A DNA stretch of 32,000 bases from Telmatocola sphagniphila. Lineage in GTDB: Bacteria; Planctomycetota; Planctomycetia; Gemmatales; Gemmataceae. Positions 14,436-23,025 of the stretch are shown piece by piece. The position numbers were made by a program, and so were the translations under genes. Every line of letters starts with the position of its first letter. Within the stretch, counting starts at the first letter, position 1. The notes below the pieces were generated by a model. That model saw only the letters and a list, made by a program, of their open reading frames with translations. It did not search any database and was not told the origin of the DNA. The stretch is taken from assembly GCF_018398935.1 (NCBI RefSeq), contig NZ_CP074694.1, forward strand, positions 3,030,001 to 3,062,000. Reading direction: 5' to 3'.

Positions 14436-16100
14436 TCACGATTTCACTTCCAGAGTCTTCAAAAATTTAGGCGGGCTTCGGTGCTTGGTTGCCTGCTCGA
14501 AAGCAAAAGCCAATTTAATTAACGTGGCTTCCGACCAGGCACGGCCGAAGAACGATAATCCCACCGGAAGACCATAAACAAACCCGGCCGGAACCGTGAT
14601 GCTGGGATAGCCAGCTACGGCCGCGGGAGTGGAACTGCCGCCGAGCCAACGATCGCCGTTCACCAGATCGGTCATGCAGGCCGGGCCCATAGTTGGTGCA
14701 ATGATCGCATCCAGTTTGAATTTATCCATCAAGGCGTCAATGCCTTCCGTACGCATCAATTTGCGACAGCGGGCGAGAGCTTCAATGTACTCGTAGCTGT
14801 TGAGATCCCCGCGAGCTTCCGCCTTCTCGAATTGATCCTGGCCGAAGAATGGCATCTCTGTTTTGGCATTCTTGATGTTGAACTCTATCAGTTCGCGAAG
14901 GTTTTTAACGGGAGCTTTCGGTCCTAATTTCTCCAGATAAGCGTTGAGATCGGCCTTCAGCTCATAGGAAAGAACAATTGCTTCCGGATCGCCGACTTTA
15001 TCGGAATTGGGCACATCCGCCGGATCGATCAACTTTGCACCGGCTTTTTGAAGCGACTCCAGCGCCTCTTTCATCACCGCTTCAGTTCCCTCGTGGAAAT
15101 TGAAGAAATTTCGAGCAACCCCGAGCCGGACTCCTTTGAGACCGTTCAAATCGAAACATCCCGAAAGATTCAACTTCGCGGGTCGCTCCTTTATTGTCGT
15201 TGCGGCGTCCTCGCTATCGCTGGCTACCAGCGCTTCCAGTAGGATTGCCGCATCGCGAACAGTTCGAGCCATCGGCCCCGCGGTATCCTGCGAATGAGAA
15301 ATGGGGATGATGCCCGATCGGCTGACAAGTCCCACAGTCGGTTTAATTCCGACGATGCCATTTGCCGCTGAGGGACTGACGATGGATCCATCGGTCTCGG
15401 TCCCCACAGCCACGACACAGAGGTTGGCCGCTACGGCCGCCCCTGAACCGGAACTTGAACCGCAGGGGTTGCGATCGAGACAGTAGGGATTTTTGGTCAA
15501 ACCTCCGCGGCCGCTCCATCCACTGGTGGAATACGAGCAACGGATATTCGCCCACTCGCTCAAGTTGGTTTTGCCGAGAATGAGTGCACCGGCTTCCCTA
15601 AGTCGCTTCACCAGAAAGGCATCTTCCGGCTTCGAGCCCACCAGAGCGAGTGAGCCGGCGGTCGTTTGCATCCCGGTCGTGTCGATATTGTCCTTCAACA
15701 GGATCGGCACCCCGTGCATTCGTCCACGCGATTTGCCGGCTTTGAGTTCCCGATCCAGAGTTTCTGCCTGGGACAGAACTTCGGAATTCACTTCAATTAC
15801 ACTTTTGAGAGTAGGGCCTTTCCGGTCGATCTCTTCAATTCGGGCCAGGTATTTTTCCGCTAAGTTATGGACCGTCCACTTGCCCGTCTTCAATCCTTCC
15901 TGAATCTGATCGATAGTGACTTCATTGAATTCGAACGAAGTATCCCCTGTCACGTTCTGCGCGCTTGCGGCACCCTCGAGGGAAGCGCTCGACGCAATCG
16001 CTCCCAGAGCAATAAAACTCCTTCGAGTAAGTGATTGCGCCGATGAATTGGTATTTGACATGCGAGTAGCGACTCCGTTGCTGTTGACCCTAGATTCCAT
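14436..16100 (-). CDS. Amidase-signature family amidase with a Tat-type signal peptide
   Basis: The amidase signature is present: GVPILLKDNID (Lys), CGSSSGSGAAVAANL (Ser-cisSer) and GTETDGSIVSPS. The N-terminus has a twin-arginine motif, LTRRSFIALGAIASSASL. The start is either 16100 or the ATG at 16061. Confidence 0.9.
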   Translation of the reverse strand: MESRVNSNGVATRMSNTNSSAQSLTRRSFIALGAIASSASLEGAASAQNVTGDTSFEFNEVTIDQIQEGLKTGKWTVHNLAEKYLARIEEIDRKGPTLKSVIEVNSEVLSQAETLDRELKAGKSRGRMHGVPILLKDNIDTTGMQTTAGSLALVGSKPEDAFLVKRLREAGALILGKTNLSEWANIRCSYSTSGWSGRGGLTKNPYCLDRNPCGSSSGSGAAVAANLCVVAVGTETDGSIVSPSAANGIVGIKPTVGLVSRSGIIPISHSQDTAGPMARTVRDAAILLEALVASDSEDAATTIKERPAKLNLSGCFDLNGLKGVRLGVARNFFNFHEGTEAVMKEALESLQKAGAKLIDPADVPNSDKVGDPEAIVLSYELKADLNAYLEKLGPKAPVKNLRELIEFNIKNAKTEMPFFGQDQFEKAEARGDLNSYEYIEALARCRKLMRTEGIDALMDKFKLDAIIAPTMGPACMTDLVNGDRWLGGSSTPAAVAGYPSITVPAGFVYGLPVGLSFFGRAWSEATLIKLAFAFEQATKHRSPPKFLKTLEVKS

Positions 16101-16292
16101 CGCCTGGGCAGATAATAGACTCGGAATATCCGATTCAACCGTCAGGCGTTCATTAACCCGAAGACTCTTAGAGTTAAGGTCTTACTTGGTGACCGCCGCA
16201 TTTCTGGGATGGTACTATGCTTCCAGTCTAGGAAGTGCGGGTTCGGTAAAACGAATTCTGATTTTAATTTTAAATGCGGAATCGCGAGTGCT

Positions 16293-17531
16293 ATGCGTTC
16301 AATTCTGAACATCCTGGCGTTGGTCATATTGTTGGGAATCATCGGCTGGCGGATGAGTGCCTTCTGGAATGATCCCGATGTACTCCCGCCCGATGATTTC
16401 GTGGAGTATTGGGCAGCTGGCAAGTTGAACTTGCACGGCGAGAACCCTTATGATCCGGAGTTGCTCTACCCTCTGGAACGATTTGAAGCCAACCGCAAGG
16501 ACATGGACGAGTTCGGACCCACGCCGCGCGAACGGGCCGTCATGATGTGGAATCCGCCATGGACATTGACGATTGCCATGCCTCTGGGAATGCTTCCCGC
16601 TCGACTGGGACAGTTAGTCTGGATGTTGATCAACTTTGGCATCGTCGGAGGTTGTGCCTTCCTGCTGTGGCGATTGTATGGTGGACGATCAAATCATTGG
16701 TGGCTGGCTCTGGCACTCTCGTTCGTTTACATGCCGACGGTTTACTGCATCAGTTCCGGGCAGATCAGCGGTTGGATCTTGCTCGGGGCAACTCTATTTC
16801 TCTACTTCGAGCAGAAAAACTGGTGCTATCTCGCCGGGGCGGCCGGAGTGCTGATGGCCATTAAGCCGCATTTGGTATATCTCTTTTGGCCGGTGCTTCT
16901 GGGGTACAGTTTCTTCCATCCTCGCGGTTGGAAAATCATCGCCGGGGGCGTGGGTACGGGCATTGTTTTCACCTTGATACCACTGGCCTTGAATTCGCAA
17001 GTCCTCCATCAATATTTGGACGCGATGGGGAACCGGCCTCCCGAGCAATTCAAATCCCCGACGCTGGGCACTCTACTGCGGATTCCCTTCGAAGAGCCGA
17101 CGGAATCGATCTATACCCCCTTGCAACGGAATTTCAAACTGCAGTTCGTACCGAATCTCCTTGGCCTCCTCTGGCTCTGTTATTTTGCCGCGCGACAAAA
17201 ATCTCTAAACTGGAATTGGCGCGATAAGTTGCCTTTGGTGTTACTGGTGTCGTTCGTCACCGCGGCCTACGGGGCTTGGCCCTACGATCTGCTAATTCTC
17301 CTTTCGGCCGTGATCGAAATCGCGGCAGGCGTTGATCGCAATTCTAGCCGCAGAAACATCTTTCTTTCGGCTGGACTGTTTATCGCCATTACTCTGACCA
17401 TGGCCCTCATGAGTGCCTTCAAAGCGTATTCTTTCTGGTTTTTCTGGGCCGGGCCGACGATATTGACAGCTTATCTGCTTTTACGTCGCATAATTTCCTC
17501 TTCGGCCCCCGTGTTGTCCCAGATCGATTGA
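16293..17531 (+). CDS. Polytopic membrane protein, GT87/DUF2029-like (PimE-type GT-C glycosyltransferase family)
   Basis: The ATG at 16293 gives MRSILNILALVILLGIIGW (TM1). The first-loop motif PPDDFVEYWAAGKLNLHGENPYDPELLY resembles the DUF2029 pattern D-x-x-Y...G-x-N-P-Y. About 9 further hydrophobic segments follow. The track start at 16209 adds a non-hydrophobic extension with no SD. Confidence 0.65.
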   Translation: MRSILNILALVILLGIIGWRMSAFWNDPDVLPPDDFVEYWAAGKLNLHGENPYDPELLYPLERFEANRKDMDEFGPTPRERAVMMWNPPWTLTIAMPLGMLPARLGQLVWMLINFGIVGGCAFLLWRLYGGRSNHWWLALALSFVYMPTVYCISSGQISGWILLGATLFLYFEQKNWCYLAGAAGVLMAIKPHLVYLFWPVLLGYSFFHPRGWKIIAGGVGTGIVFTLIPLALNSQVLHQYLDAMGNRPPEQFKSPTLGTLLRIPFEEPTESIYTPLQRNFKLQFVPNLLGLLWLCYFAARQKSLNWNWRDKLPLVLLVSFVTAAYGAWPYDLLILLSAVIEIAAGVDRNSSRRNIFLSAGLFIAITLTMALMSAFKAYSFWFFWAGPTILTAYLLLRRIISSSAPVLSQID

Positions 17532-17538
17532 CCTAAAT

Positions 17539-19050
17539 ATGCGCAGATTTTTCAGTATCGAATCGCTTTTCTTTCTGGTGCTCTGGCTGGCCTTGATGAT
17601 CGGGGGCCGGAGCCGTTTTTTACGCGATCCCGGCACCTTCTGGCATACCGTGACAGGTGAAAAGATCCTCGAAACACATAGTTTCATCGATCGCGATCCC
17701 TACACGTTCACCTTTGCAAACGATCCCTGGATTCCTTACCAGTGGCTTTCCGAAATTGGCATGGCGAAACTCAGCCAACTCGGAGGATTGGATTCTTTGC
17801 TGGTCACAGCGGTAGTTTTACTAGCCGCCCTTTTTGCCTGGCTTGGAGGGCGAGTGATTCGCCAAGGCGGCCTGCACCCGGCCGTGGCCGGGATGCTTCT
17901 GGCCTTCGCGATATTCGCCAGTTCCTCTCATTTTCACGTTCGGCCTCACTTATTCACGATGCTGGGAATGGCGATCACGTATTCGCTACTCTGCGCGGTA
18001 GAAGCTGGTCGGACTTCCGTGAAGAAGCTTTTGTGGCTGGTTCCCTTATTCCTGCTTTGGACCAACCTGCACGGCGGAATGTTGGGGGGATTGGCCACAT
18101 TGATTCTGGCAACCGGGGGTTGGATCCTCTGGATTCCCCGGCTTCGCAAGCAATGGCCTATTTTGATTTTGGTCTGCATTTTCGGTGGGCTAACGATGTT
18201 TGCCACGCCTTACGGTTTGAGACTTGCCGACACCTGGCGGATTATCATGGCCTCTTCCGCTCTGCCACAGATAATCAAGGAGCACGCGCCGCCCGGTTGG
18301 GACGAATTACCGACGTGGGCCATCGTCGGCTTCGCCGCTATTTACCTATTCCTTTTGGCGGGAGTTCCCCGAAAGGAGATTCGGATTGTCTGGTTGCTGC
18401 CGCTAGTCTGGTTCTATCTCGGCATGTCGAGAGTTCGGCACGCGCCGCTTTTTTCGATCATAGGAATTCTAGCCATCGCGGATTTCTTTCCAAAAACCTA
18501 CTGGGCCAAACGACTCGTGTCTCAGGGCAGTGACTGGTTTATGCCTCCGGCCGATGAGCCAAAAAAATCTTCCATGCTCTGGCTGGCGATTCCGCTTGTA
18601 GTCTGGATTCTCTGCTTGTCGGTGCAATCTCAGAAAGCGGATATTCCCGTAATTGGCAGCCATTGGGCTCAACTCGAGCCGACGCTCTGGCCGGTCGACC
18701 TGGAAGAAAATCTATCGAAGATTGAAAACGAGCATGCGGAGCCGGTGGATATCTTCAACGAATTCATACACGGCGGGTACCTGATTCAGTATCATCCGAA
18801 GATGCGAGTCTTCATCGACGATCGCTGCGAATTGTTCATCACCAGCCCGACCGATAATTTCCTGCTCGATTTCGTTCAAGGTGAGTACGACGACCCAGCC
18901 GGGCACATCGCCAAATGGGAAGCCCGCTTTGGAAAATTCCCTTATGCGATGCCTCGAACCGATTCCGGCTACGATCAATATTTTTCTCATAGCGATGCTT
19001 GGGTGTTGATTCAAAGGGGCCAGTCAGCTAGTTTGTATCGCAGAAAGTAA
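17539..19050 (+). CDS. Polytopic membrane protein with a C-terminal soluble domain (possible GT-C-fold glycosyltransferase; hypothetical)
   Basis: 503 aa, starting 7 nt after the previous gene. TM1 is followed by the loop RDPGTFWHTVTGEKILETHSFIDRDPYTFTFANDPWIPYQWLSE with acidic residues. There are about 10 TM segments and an about 130-aa C-terminal domain (FNEFIHGGYLIQYHPKMRVFIDDRCELF). I could not name the family with confidence. Confidence 0.6.
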   Translation: MRRFFSIESLFFLVLWLALMIGGRSRFLRDPGTFWHTVTGEKILETHSFIDRDPYTFTFANDPWIPYQWLSEIGMAKLSQLGGLDSLLVTAVVLLAALFAWLGGRVIRQGGLHPAVAGMLLAFAIFASSSHFHVRPHLFTMLGMAITYSLLCAVEAGRTSVKKLLWLVPLFLLWTNLHGGMLGGLATLILATGGWILWIPRLRKQWPILILVCIFGGLTMFATPYGLRLADTWRIIMASSALPQIIKEHAPPGWDELPTWAIVGFAAIYLFLLAGVPRKEIRIVWLLPLVWFYLGMSRVRHAPLFSIIGILAIADFFPKTYWAKRLVSQGSDWFMPPADEPKKSSMLWLAIPLVVWILCLSVQSQKADIPVIGSHWAQLEPTLWPVDLEENLSKIENEHAEPVDIFNEFIHGGYLIQYHPKMRVFIDDRCELFITSPTDNFLLDFVQGEYDDPAGHIAKWEARFGKFPYAMPRTDSGYDQYFSHSDAWVLIQRGQSASLYRRK

Positions 19051-19077
19051 TTTCTGAGCCTGACAGTTCTTTTCGGA

Positions 19078-19452
19078 GTGCTCGTCATGATACTTGGACT
19101 GAGAACCGCGACTTACCCCGTTCCGGATCTGGAAGCAGGCAAAGCCTTCTATTCGAAAGTTTTGGCCAAGGAGCCCTACTTCGACCAACCTTTCTACGTC
19201 GGCTATAACGTCGGCGGGTTTGAGCTAGGCTTAGTTCCGGATGGACAGCCCGGTTCCCAGGGCCCTACCATCTACTGGGGTGTCAAGGATGCTCCCTCAG
19301 CTATGCAAAAGCTGCTCTCTCTGGGTGCGACAATGTTGGAAGCTGTTCACGATGTGGGTGACGGTATTCGCGTAGGAACCGTCTTAGACCCCTTCGATAA
19401 CAGCTTTGGGATTATCGAAAATCCGCATTTCGATGCGAAGCGAGTGAGCTAA
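19078..19452 (+). CDS. VOC (glyoxalase/bleomycin-resistance/dioxygenase) family protein
   Basis: About 120 aa with the pattern LRTATYPVPDLEAGKAFYSKVLAKEPYFD...GFELGL...YWGVKDAPSAMQKLLSLGA...VGTVLDPFDNSFGIIE, typical of the single-domain VOC fold. The start is GTG 19078 or ATG 19087. Confidence 0.8.
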   Translation: MLVMILGLRTATYPVPDLEAGKAFYSKVLAKEPYFDQPFYVGYNVGGFELGLVPDGQPGSQGPTIYWGVKDAPSAMQKLLSLGATMLEAVHDVGDGIRVGTVLDPFDNSFGIIENPHFDAKRVS

Positions 19453-19511
19453 CAGGCGGTGACGGATTGGCTTTCGTTACTGGATTTGCATAGCCAATAT
19501 TTGGATAAATT

Positions 19512-20219
19512 ATGGATGATATGCTGAAAGAAGGTTCTGAGTTCGTCTCGAAAACGATACACACGAGCGGGAAGACGCCTCTGGAGCTATTCGGCGAGAT
19601 GTTCGAGCACCTCGGCGCAGCATTCATACTGGGGGCGACCGTCGCGGGAATCGCTTATTTCTCTCATTATCGGGGCCGCGCGATCAAATCCAGCCTTCTG
19701 GCCATGCTGGTGATGATGTCGGTTCTGATCGCCATGGTCACCCTGGTAATCGGTAATAGTCTAGCTCGAGCATTCAGTCTCGCCGGCGTTCTGGCCATCA
19801 TCCGTTTTCGAACTGTCATCGAAGACACTCGCGACACGGCTTTTGTCATCGCAGCCGTGGCCATGGGGTTAGCGGCCGGCGCCGGTTTCTACATCGTCGC
19901 CGTGGTGACTCTACCGTTTTTGTTTCTCACCACTTGGATTTTTCGCACGGGTCGCCCCCCCCGCCGAAACGGCGAAATCATCGAGATTCGTCAGCTCGCC
20001 AGCGAAGATCCCAAAAAGAGTTTGGAACCTTTGCTGGAGAAACATGCCCTGATGGTTCAACTGATTTCCATGGATCGCAATGGCAAAGGGACGCACATCG
20101 AATTGCAGTATGCACTGCGAATGCGGGAAACAGGCGAATCCATCAAGCTTCTGATGGGCGAGCTTCAAACGCTCAGCTTCATACAAAAAGTCAAATTGAA
20201 GCAGCGCAAAGACAATTAA
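19512..20219 (+). CDS. DUF4956 domain-containing membrane protein
   Basis: The core ARAFSLAGVLAIIRFRTVIEDTRDTAFVIAAVAMGLAAGAGFY matches the DUF4956 hallmark as I recall it (FSLVGALSIVRFRTAIKDPRD..F....I.iGLA.GaG). There are about 4 TM helices plus a C-terminal soluble domain. Confidence 0.75.
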   Translation: MDDMLKEGSEFVSKTIHTSGKTPLELFGEMFEHLGAAFILGATVAGIAYFSHYRGRAIKSSLLAMLVMMSVLIAMVTLVIGNSLARAFSLAGVLAIIRFRTVIEDTRDTAFVIAAVAMGLAAGAGFYIVAVVTLPFLFLTTWIFRTGRPPRRNGEIIEIRQLASEDPKKSLEPLLEKHALMVQLISMDRNGKGTHIELQYALRMRETGESIKLLMGELQTLSFIQKVKLKQRKDN

Positions 20220-20960
20220 CTACTTCCCAGCGGAATATTCTCGAATCCGGACCTGCCGAAATGCCACCGGCCCGTGATCCATTTGCAGCATGAAAGGCCC
20301 CTTCGCCCTCTCTGCCTTGTTCCAGTTGCTCCCGGTGGGCGTTTTCATCTCCTGGTTTTCGTGGATCAACTGCTCGTTGAGGATCGCTTTCACGATCTTG
20401 GCATTGGCGATTTTCTTACCCTGGGCTTCGAATCGCGGAGCAAGAAATATCACCGTTAGCTTATTCCATTCCCCAGCCGGTTTCGCGGCGTTCACCCGGG
20501 GTGGGATGCCGTCGTCGATGTGGTGGTAGCTCGGCTTATCCTCCGCACGGGGGTAAATTCCCCCCATGGAATCTCCGGAGAGTTTCTTGCTGGCAAAGGT
20601 GTCGAGAATCTGAACCTCGTACCAACCGTGAAATTTGATACCACTGTTAGAACCTTTGGCAATCATAAACTCAACTTCGACTTCCAGATCACCGTACTCG
20701 TTGACGGTGTAAAGGTCGGGTGATCGCCCCTTGGTACCATTCACTAAAATCGCTCCTCGTCCGGTAGCGAGGATCGTCTTCATCGATTTTTCATCGAGTT
20801 GGACGGCTTCGGCCCAAAGATAATCCCCCTCCTTGGCCCGATTGGGCTTAAAGGCTTTGAGATTCGACTCTTTCAGCAAATCCAGCCAGGGTGTTTCCGC
20901 CGTTGCTGTAGTGGAAAGACCGAACAAGGTAAGAGCCCAAACCAGACCTAGGTTTTTCAT
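20220..20960 (-). CDS. DUF1080 (3-keto-disaccharide hydrolase-like) family secreted protein
   Basis: The ATG at 20960 gives the signal peptide MKNLGLVWALTLFGLSTTATA. The body matches the DUF1080 pattern (GAILVNG, YGDLEVEVEFMIAKGSNSGIKF, YEVQILD, GGIYP, AAKPAGEWNKLTVIF, GPFMLQMDHGPVAFRQVRIRE). Its stop codon abuts the DUF4956 stop with 0 nt between them. Confidence 0.85.
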   Translation of the reverse strand: MKNLGLVWALTLFGLSTTATAETPWLDLLKESNLKAFKPNRAKEGDYLWAEAVQLDEKSMKTILATGRGAILVNGTKGRSPDLYTVNEYGDLEVEVEFMIAKGSNSGIKFHGWYEVQILDTFASKKLSGDSMGGIYPRAEDKPSYHHIDDGIPPRVNAAKPAGEWNKLTVIFLAPRFEAQGKKIANAKIVKAILNEQLIHENQEMKTPTGSNWNKAERAKGPFMLQMDHGPVAFRQVRIREYSAGK

Positions 20961-21134
20961 GATGACGTCCTGAAGAATAACCAACCGGCCAAAACCGATT
21001 TTAATCCAAAATGCGATAATCAGCAAATCTCAACAGACTTGAGAAAAAATACCAACAATTTCTGGATAAAAACTGAACGCTTTACGACTTTAAGCGAAGA
21101 ATGAAATGGGATAAAATATTGTTCTATTAGCCGA

Positions 21135-21156
21135 GTTGACTCGTCATATAGTCAAC
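21135..21156. promoter_or_regulatory. Perfect 7-bp inverted repeat GTTGACT-N8-AGTCAAC upstream of the SUFU-like gene (operator candidate)
   Basis: Read directly: GTTGACT at 21135-21141 and AGTCAAC at 21150-21156. The repeat ends 13 nt before the ATG at 21170, in an AT-rich divergent intergenic region. Confidence 0.3.
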
Positions 21157-21169
21157 CGGGAAGCCTCCG

Positions 21170-21742
21170 ATGAAAACTCTAGTCGTGGAACATGATTGGC
21201 AACATTGGTGGGACAACCGCCTGCGAGCCCTGGAAGAGGTCTTTGGACCGCAGGATGAGCAGGTCTTCCACTCCCTCATCCCCTTCGATGTAGGTGGTGT
21301 AGCTGATGTTTTGGTCTTCAAACACCATCTCGACGGCGTCGTTTACGTCACGGCGGATCTCATTGGATCGCAGGAACAGTTACCGACGGAAGTCGGCAAC
21401 TACGAATTGATGATGTGCCATCGCGGCGAATCCGAAATCGGCCCCAATCTCATTTCCAAGCTGGCCGTTTACACGTGCGAGGATCGCTTGAAACCGGGCG
21501 ATACGATGAATATCGAACGCGCCGCCCCCGTCGGCTCCACCGTGACCGCACTATTGTTTCTGAAATACGCAGACCTAACTGTGCTGGATCAGAAAGCGGG
21601 CGTCCTGTTATGTATGGGAATTACCAGCGACGAATTGGATTGGTGCCAACTGGGTCGGACGAACGAGTTAATTCGAGCTTTGAAAAAGCAAAAGGTCTAC
21701 CCTTTTACAGAATGGCGGCGGAAATCGGTTCTCGCCGTTTGA
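21170..21742 (+). CDS. Suppressor-of-fused (SUFU)-like domain protein
   Basis: 190 aa. The pattern FHSLIPFDVGGVADVLVF....GVVYVTADLIG......NYELMM...WCxxLxxxLA.Y...LKPGDT......A.LF, ending in GITSDELDWCQLGRTNELIRALKKQKVYPFTEWRRKSV, resembles bacterial SUFU-family proteins as I remember them. This is recognition by memory only. Confidence 0.6.
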   Translation: MKTLVVEHDWQHWWDNRLRALEEVFGPQDEQVFHSLIPFDVGGVADVLVFKHHLDGVVYVTADLIGSQEQLPTEVGNYELMMCHRGESEIGPNLISKLAVYTCEDRLKPGDTMNIERAAPVGSTVTALLFLKYADLTVLDQKAGVLLCMGITSDELDWCQLGRTNELIRALKKQKVYPFTEWRRKSVLAV

Positions 21743-21748
21743 TTGAAC

Positions 21749-22252
21749 TCATTTGACGGCATCAACAAAATCGCGAGCGTCCTGAATCTTCTTCCGGGCG
21801 TCTTTGCCTTCGAAGTTTTCTGGAATCGATTTCAAAACACTGTTTACAACATCACCGGTGGAATTCTTAACCGCGTACAGAGCCTTTTCATCCTGCGAGC
21901 CCGGAGCGATCGACTTCCGAGCGTTTTCGAGATTGGGAACCAAGCCCTGCAACAGCACAGTACCCAGATGGGTGACCAATTCTTTGAGCCGGGAAGTTTC
22001 CTGTCCGGCAGCGGCCAACTTGATCTCCTGTTGCATCTCTTTGAGAATTTCCTCGTAAGCCTTGGATTTGCTCAAGGCATCTCGGCTCCGGGAAATCTGC
22101 AGGCTGCCGTCGATCAACTTTTCGATCATGACCTGATTGCGTTCGAAAAGTTTCAATTGTTCATCCACGCGCGGCCTGGATTTCGGGCTTTGAGCGCCGG
22201 CCCAAAGACTCAAGCTCGCGAGAATCAACAGAGTAGCACTATACCGCATCAT
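21749..22252 (-). CDS. Secreted alpha-helical hypothetical protein, last gene of the ECF operon
   Basis: It has a signal peptide (MMRYSATLLILASLSLWAGAQS) followed by a K/E/L-rich helical sequence. The ATG at 22252 overlaps the anti-sigma stop by 1 nt (minus strand TGATG). The track ORF begins one codon earlier at a TTG (22255). Confidence 0.7.
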   Translation of the reverse strand: MMRYSATLLILASLSLWAGAQSPKSRPRVDEQLKLFERNQVMIEKLIDGSLQISRSRDALSKSKAYEEILKEMQQEIKLAAAGQETSRLKELVTHLGTVLLQGLVPNLENARKSIAPGSQDEKALYAVKNSTGDVVNSVLKSIPENFEGKDARKKIQDARDFVDAVK

Positions 22253-23022
22253 CAAGATTGCCCTGCCAAAATGCGGCTGATCCGTTCCGCTCCCATCTTT
22301 GCCGTCGAAGATAACTGTTTGAAAGAGGCAATAGCCGAAGGAGGCACCTCCGCGGAGAGTTCGAGAGCTTCATTACTTGTCTGAGTCAATTCGTCTTTCA
22401 GTTTCTTGAGCAGACGAACTTTATCTCCCTCATTCAATTCCGGAGCCTGCTCCAGAAGTCCGTTTTGAACGACTTTGGTATAGAGCCGGGCGAGAGCAAC
22501 CAGGTTCTTCCCGGTTGGATCAACCTTGGCAATACTGTTCATCTGGCTGGCAAGTTGGCGAGCCATCTCCGCCAACGATTCCAGCTTTTTTTCCGGGTTG
22601 GTGGAATTCGCGGCAGCCAGAGTAACATTGCATTGAATGACCGAATCCAGAAGAGGGTCATTCGGCAGGGAGGCCACGGCCTGCGGACGAGTACTGAAAA
22701 GCCAGATTCCGCCGAAAATCGCAACGGAGGCCGCCAGGGCGGCCCAAGAGCCCCGATGGGACCGTTTCGCAGGGTTTGGTGTCGCCGGACTGAAGTCGAA
22801 TGAGATTTCAGCGGGTTCCTGCAATTTTTGAATCAATTGCTCTTTTCGGCCCTGAGTTGGGGAAGGGACCTGCAACCGATTTAAGTTACGTTCGATCAAT
22901 ACGGCTTTGCGGTGCCAGAGCTGACATTTTTCGCAGCCGGCAAGGTGCGAGCGGAGATTGGAATCGAGGCGGGTCGGATCCAACAGCAGCAAGGCCGATT
23001 TCTGGAATTTCTTACAGTCCAT
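22252..23022 (-). CDS. Anti-sigma factor (ZAS-type, zf-HC2), single-pass membrane protein
   Basis: The N-terminus has the H-x3-C-x2-C motif (HLAGCEKC). A TM helix (WAALAASVAIFGGIWLF) and a helical extracytoplasmic domain follow. The start lies 3 nt after the stop of the ECF sigma gene. Confidence 0.85.
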   Translation of the reverse strand: MDCKKFQKSALLLLDPTRLDSNLRSHLAGCEKCQLWHRKAVLIERNLNRLQVPSPTQGRKEQLIQKLQEPAEISFDFSPATPNPAKRSHRGSWAALAASVAIFGGIWLFSTRPQAVASLPNDPLLDSVIQCNVTLAAANSTNPEKKLESLAEMARQLASQMNSIAKVDPTGKNLVALARLYTKVVQNGLLEQAPELNEGDKVRLLKKLKDELTQTSNEALELSAEVPPSAIASFKQLSSTAKMGAERISRILAGQS

Positions 23023-23025
23023 AAG

